From Chiloscyllium plagiosum (lineage: Eukaryota), in the NCBI RefSeq assembly GCF_004010195.1, contig NW_025215381.1, positions 776,184 through 840,183 on the forward strand: DNA of 64,000 bases, given 5' to 3'. Below, in pieces: positions 60,186 to 64,000 of the stretch (position 1 is its first letter; every line of letters starts with the position of its first letter). The notes below the pieces were generated by a model. It was not told the origin of the DNA, searched no databases, and was given only the letters and a program-made list of their open reading frames with translations. Both the position numbers and the translations under genes were made by a program.

Positions 60186-61907
60186 ATGAACACTCGGGAA
60201 TTGCATTCAAAAAGTATATTTTTGGAGGTAAGTTTCAACACCCAGACAAGAAATGTACAGCCATGGTTAGAGACCAACCCAATTATTTAAAAATGCTTCA
60301 GTCATTAATGACTATTCACGAAAAATCAGAATTGTGATTAAGCCTAATCAGATCAGACAATTTGCATTTATACCATGACGATTAAAACAGAGGCAGCTCA
60401 CAACCGTGTTATCAAGCCATAACTGGCACTGGGACACAGCTTTCAGCCTGGGGAGCTCAAAGTCCTTTTATTTCCAAACAAGCCAGATTTTAACTGTTAA
60501 ATGCCCAACACCCAAGATACCTTCATTGCTCTCTCTCTCCTTCTCTGCCCTTGCGTTAAGCCTAGTGAACGTATTGAGTGAAAGATTAATGTTTCAGCAG
60601 GCACAATGAGGGCAGATTCTCCTCGACAAATTAACCAAACCCCGGCTCCCATTGAGGTTGCTGTCCCGAGTAGTGTGTAATATGGGTCCCATCTCCAATG
60701 ATCCAGAAGATCCCACATTAAAGAGCTGCAGGAAGATTCCTTCCTGGGCCCAGGACAGTGGCTGAACATAACCAAGGCTACTTAGACAAGAGCTAGAAAT
60801 ACTCCTTCTGGCTCTTGAACATTTAAAGTACAGTCAGGCCTTTGAGAGGCAATGTCAGGAAACACTTGCTCACATGAAAGAGGAGCAGACGTCCAGAACG
60901 GATTCAAGAAATACGAGACCATTCGGCCCATCAAGCCTGCTCAACATGATCATTTCCCAGTTTCAACTTCATCTTTCTTTCTGTCCTGCTTCCCATACCC
61001 CTCAACTTACAAGACAAAAGTCTGCTGACCACTCTCTCTAATATAGTCAATATGGAGCCATCTCAACTTTGAAGTTCTTATCACCTTTGTCTAAAATGGC
61101 TGACTCTTCACTGTATACCCAGTGCCCATGTTTCAGATTCCCCAACCTTATAGCCTATCGTGTCAAACCTCTCCAGAATTTCATCTGTTTCCATGAAACT
61201 ATCCTTATTTTTATAACGAAGAGGCAACTTATTCAGCCTCTGATAAGGACTAAAGCCCTATTTGCAGGAACAAATCTACTCAAACTTTACTCTCACCTCC
61301 GATGCAAGCTCATCTTGGTTAAACGGAGCAAAACTGCACATATGGTCCCACTGTAATCTCAAAGTCTGGTAAAAATGTAGCAAGATGTGCTAACCCCCTT
61401 GTTAAGAAGGCCAATGTGTCATTTGACTCCCTAATCACTTGCTATACTTGTATACTAACTTGCTGCTTTCCTTGTACAAACACATCCAAGAGTTTTTGAA
61501 GAGATTTACAAAGTTTCACACCTTAACAAAAACATTCTGCTTTTAATTCTTATCAAAATGAATAATTCCACAATTCAAATCTTCAGCGAGAAGTGAATAA
61601 TCCTTCTCACAAAGTTCCCCTACCATTGACACCCGTCTTAACTCGAGAAATAACTTAACATACTAGACACAAAACAATTATAATGAAGATGTAGCTCCAG
61701 AACAAGCCAGACCCATTGGCAAACTGTTCCAGTAGAGTACCACTGGCATCTACCCAATATGGAAAAATCACCATGGCCATGCTCTGAAAACTGAAAAAGC
61801 GAAGTCATCATTCACTTGAAATTGAACTGGACTAGCTATAAACATAATGGCCACTACAGCAGGTTTATAGCTCACATCCTCACTCCTGACAAGGCTGCCC
61901 CACCATC

Positions 61908-61998
61908 CTTCCTGATGAAGGGCTCCTGCCCGAAAGGTGAATTTTCCTGCCCCTCAGAAGCTGCCTGACCTGTGCTTTTCCAGCACCACTGTAATCTT
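61908..61998 (+). mobile_element. Short PLE-terminus insertion with hammerhead-like core
   Basis: CTGATGAagggctcctgcccGAAA; flanked on both sides by CCCCACCATC. Confidence 0.75.
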
Positions 61999-63719
61999 GC
62001 CCCACCATCTACAATGCATTATTGAGGAGTCTGTTGAAATACTCCCCACTTGGACTGCATTGTTACAGCTTCAACAAAAGCTCAAAATTAATCAGGATAA
62101 AGCTGCCACTTGACTGGTACTTTGAACCAACAATGCTCAGAAGCACTGCAGAAATTTACCAAGGTTCATTCTGTCTTTCTTTATTCCAGTATGCCATAAT
62201 GGTGTCATGGGCAAGGACCAAATCAGTCTTGAATTCATTGAAACATCAATCATTTCACAGGAGAGTAAAAGCACACCTGGAGTCACATGTAGGTTTGAAC
62301 GGGTTAGTTCACATGACCATGTAGTTATCAAACTGTAGCCACTTCCACCCACAAGGACAGGTGCAGCATAGACATGGGAACATCACCTGCAAATTTTCTC
62401 TCCAAGCCACTCATCAACTTGATTGGTATTAATTCTGTTACCTCGCTATCACCGAGGCAAAATTCTAGAATGTGCTCCTTTTAAACAGTAGTAATTGCAT
62501 CCAACAGAATTCAGTAGATCAGCACATTTGGGATGGGCTAAAGCAGGCACATCCGATGAGAGAAATAAAAAATTTTTTGCATCCTGTGAGCCATCTTTTA
62601 ATTACCTTTGCTACCGGTGCCCTGTTCTACAGCTCCACTTGGCTTTGCATCATTTGCAAAAAAATGTTATCACTGCTGCAGCTTCAAAGTTATTAATACC
62701 AATTGTGAATAAGTGAGGCCAAAACAAATTCTTGTCGCACTCCAATGGTCTCAACTCAAAATGCTCACTTTCTGCTTTCCTGTCTGTTAACAAATCTTCT
62801 CAAACAGGTCACAGCTACAAGCTTTTTCATTACAAGCATGGCACATTATCTGACCAATATTACAGCGCTATTTGTTGGAGCATGCTGTGTACAGACCAAC
62901 TCTTCTGTTTTCTAAATCACAGCAGAAACTGTAAGGAGATTGCAAGTTGTGAGAGCAGCTGAAAGAGAAGCAGCCATCGCTACACAGCAAGGGTTAACCA
63001 ACCCTGATTGATAAAGGAACTCCAAACTACCCAGTTGTCATGACCAATCTTTTTGACCAAGTGCTCAGATTGAGAAAGATTCCATTTCAGGTCACTGTAC
63101 TGTTTGAACTGCTTTGCAAACAATACATAGAACTAGCAATTCAAGAAGTGACGAAGGATCACAGGGGAAAATGTGAAAACAGAGAAGGGCATTTTGAGAA
63201 ATGGGGACTGAGCAAATAATCAGCCCCATTGAATCAGTACATAGATTCCACAGCAATGTGGTCAGTTGCAGTTGGAACAAGCTGCAGAAACCTTTCTAGT
63301 TAGCAAGAATTTACTGTGCAAACTACTTCAAAGATATGGAAGCTAATGCAGTTTGTTATTTTAAAAATCATACTGAACTTAAAACTTTTATAAACAGTGA
63401 AGTTTCAAACGAGCAAGCTAATAGCAAAAGTGAATTCCATCTGAGGATGGTCTGTCAATAAAGCATCATCTGCACTAATGACATTTTAGAAAATGCTCAA
63501 GGAGTCAGCACATAGTATAATGCATGACTGGGCAAAAGCACGTTTCATCGCCACTGCAGTCAACGGTAGTATAGTCCTTAATCCCGGGCAGAGCACAGTT
63601 ATTGCAAACACAGTGCCGACCAAATTGTGAATACCAAGAGACACTCCATGCGGTACAGAGGAATCAGATCACACTCCCATTTACCAGGCAAACCAATATA
63701 GAAACTGGCCCAGCAGTAA

Positions 63720-64000
63720 GACACATTACCGCCCTGCGCCTCAGTGCCCGTGACTTCACCAAATGCTCTGCAGCACAGATACCCCTCAATATAACCTCTG
63801 CCCCCGATTACCCAATGCTAACTCTTTCTCCCAGCCCAATAAACGAACCCACGCGGCCCAGAAGAAAACCACCGCAGATTCCGGGATAGAACCACGTTAC
63901 GTCCTCCTTCCGCCCCGGGCCTTTCTCCCACTCTCATACCGTACGAGCTCTCCCTCCAGACTTTAGCCCCGGATCTGCCCCCGCAGGCCTCACGCCCAGC
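63720..64000. promoter_or_regulatory. Edge of a CpG-rich region; probable EIF5A first exon/promoter area
   Basis: CpG and GC content rise visibly against a CpG-depleted background, upstream of the ATG exon on the minus strand. Candidate donor CG|gtatga after 63940. Confidence 0.5.

Overview
Eukaryotic, repeat-dense DNA that reads as a cartilaginous-fish (shark) genome. This is inferred from the repeats: HE1-type tRNA-derived SINEs with (TAATC)n tails and HER1/CR1-type LINEs. It holds one supportable host gene, a complete minus-strand EIF5A (eIF5A-1 type). Its four coding exons are 58767-58597, 55602-55498, 55378-55247 and 51315-51253 (156 aa, GKHG hypusine loop intact). There is an intron 11 nt after the stop codon, and the 3'-UTR exon starts at 49897. 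The first exon/promoter probably lies at or beyond the CpG-rich right end. The rest is nested, decayed transposable elements: CR1/HER1 LINEs, about 12 SINE copies, Penelope-like elements (PLEs), L1 and Tx1 fragments, a full-length decayed Gypsy element with both LTRs (22995-28063), a Gmr1-order Gypsy remnant, an LTR element with a tRNA-Arg PBS, a Harbinger Myb/SANT remnant and a 36-bp minisatellite. There are three N gaps. Most interesting signals: (1) many minimal hammerhead-ribozyme motifs in PLE termini, often in short, frequently palindromic insertions bounded by 10-16 bp direct repeats (retrozyme-like); (2) a minisatellite apparently amplified from CR1 ORF2; (3) a ~330-bp duplication with a near-invariant 72-nt core in or just beyond the EIF5A 3' UTR; (4) stacked Tx1 3' ends with hairpins inside LTRs. 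Repeat boundaries were read by eye and are approximate unless a junction is quoted.
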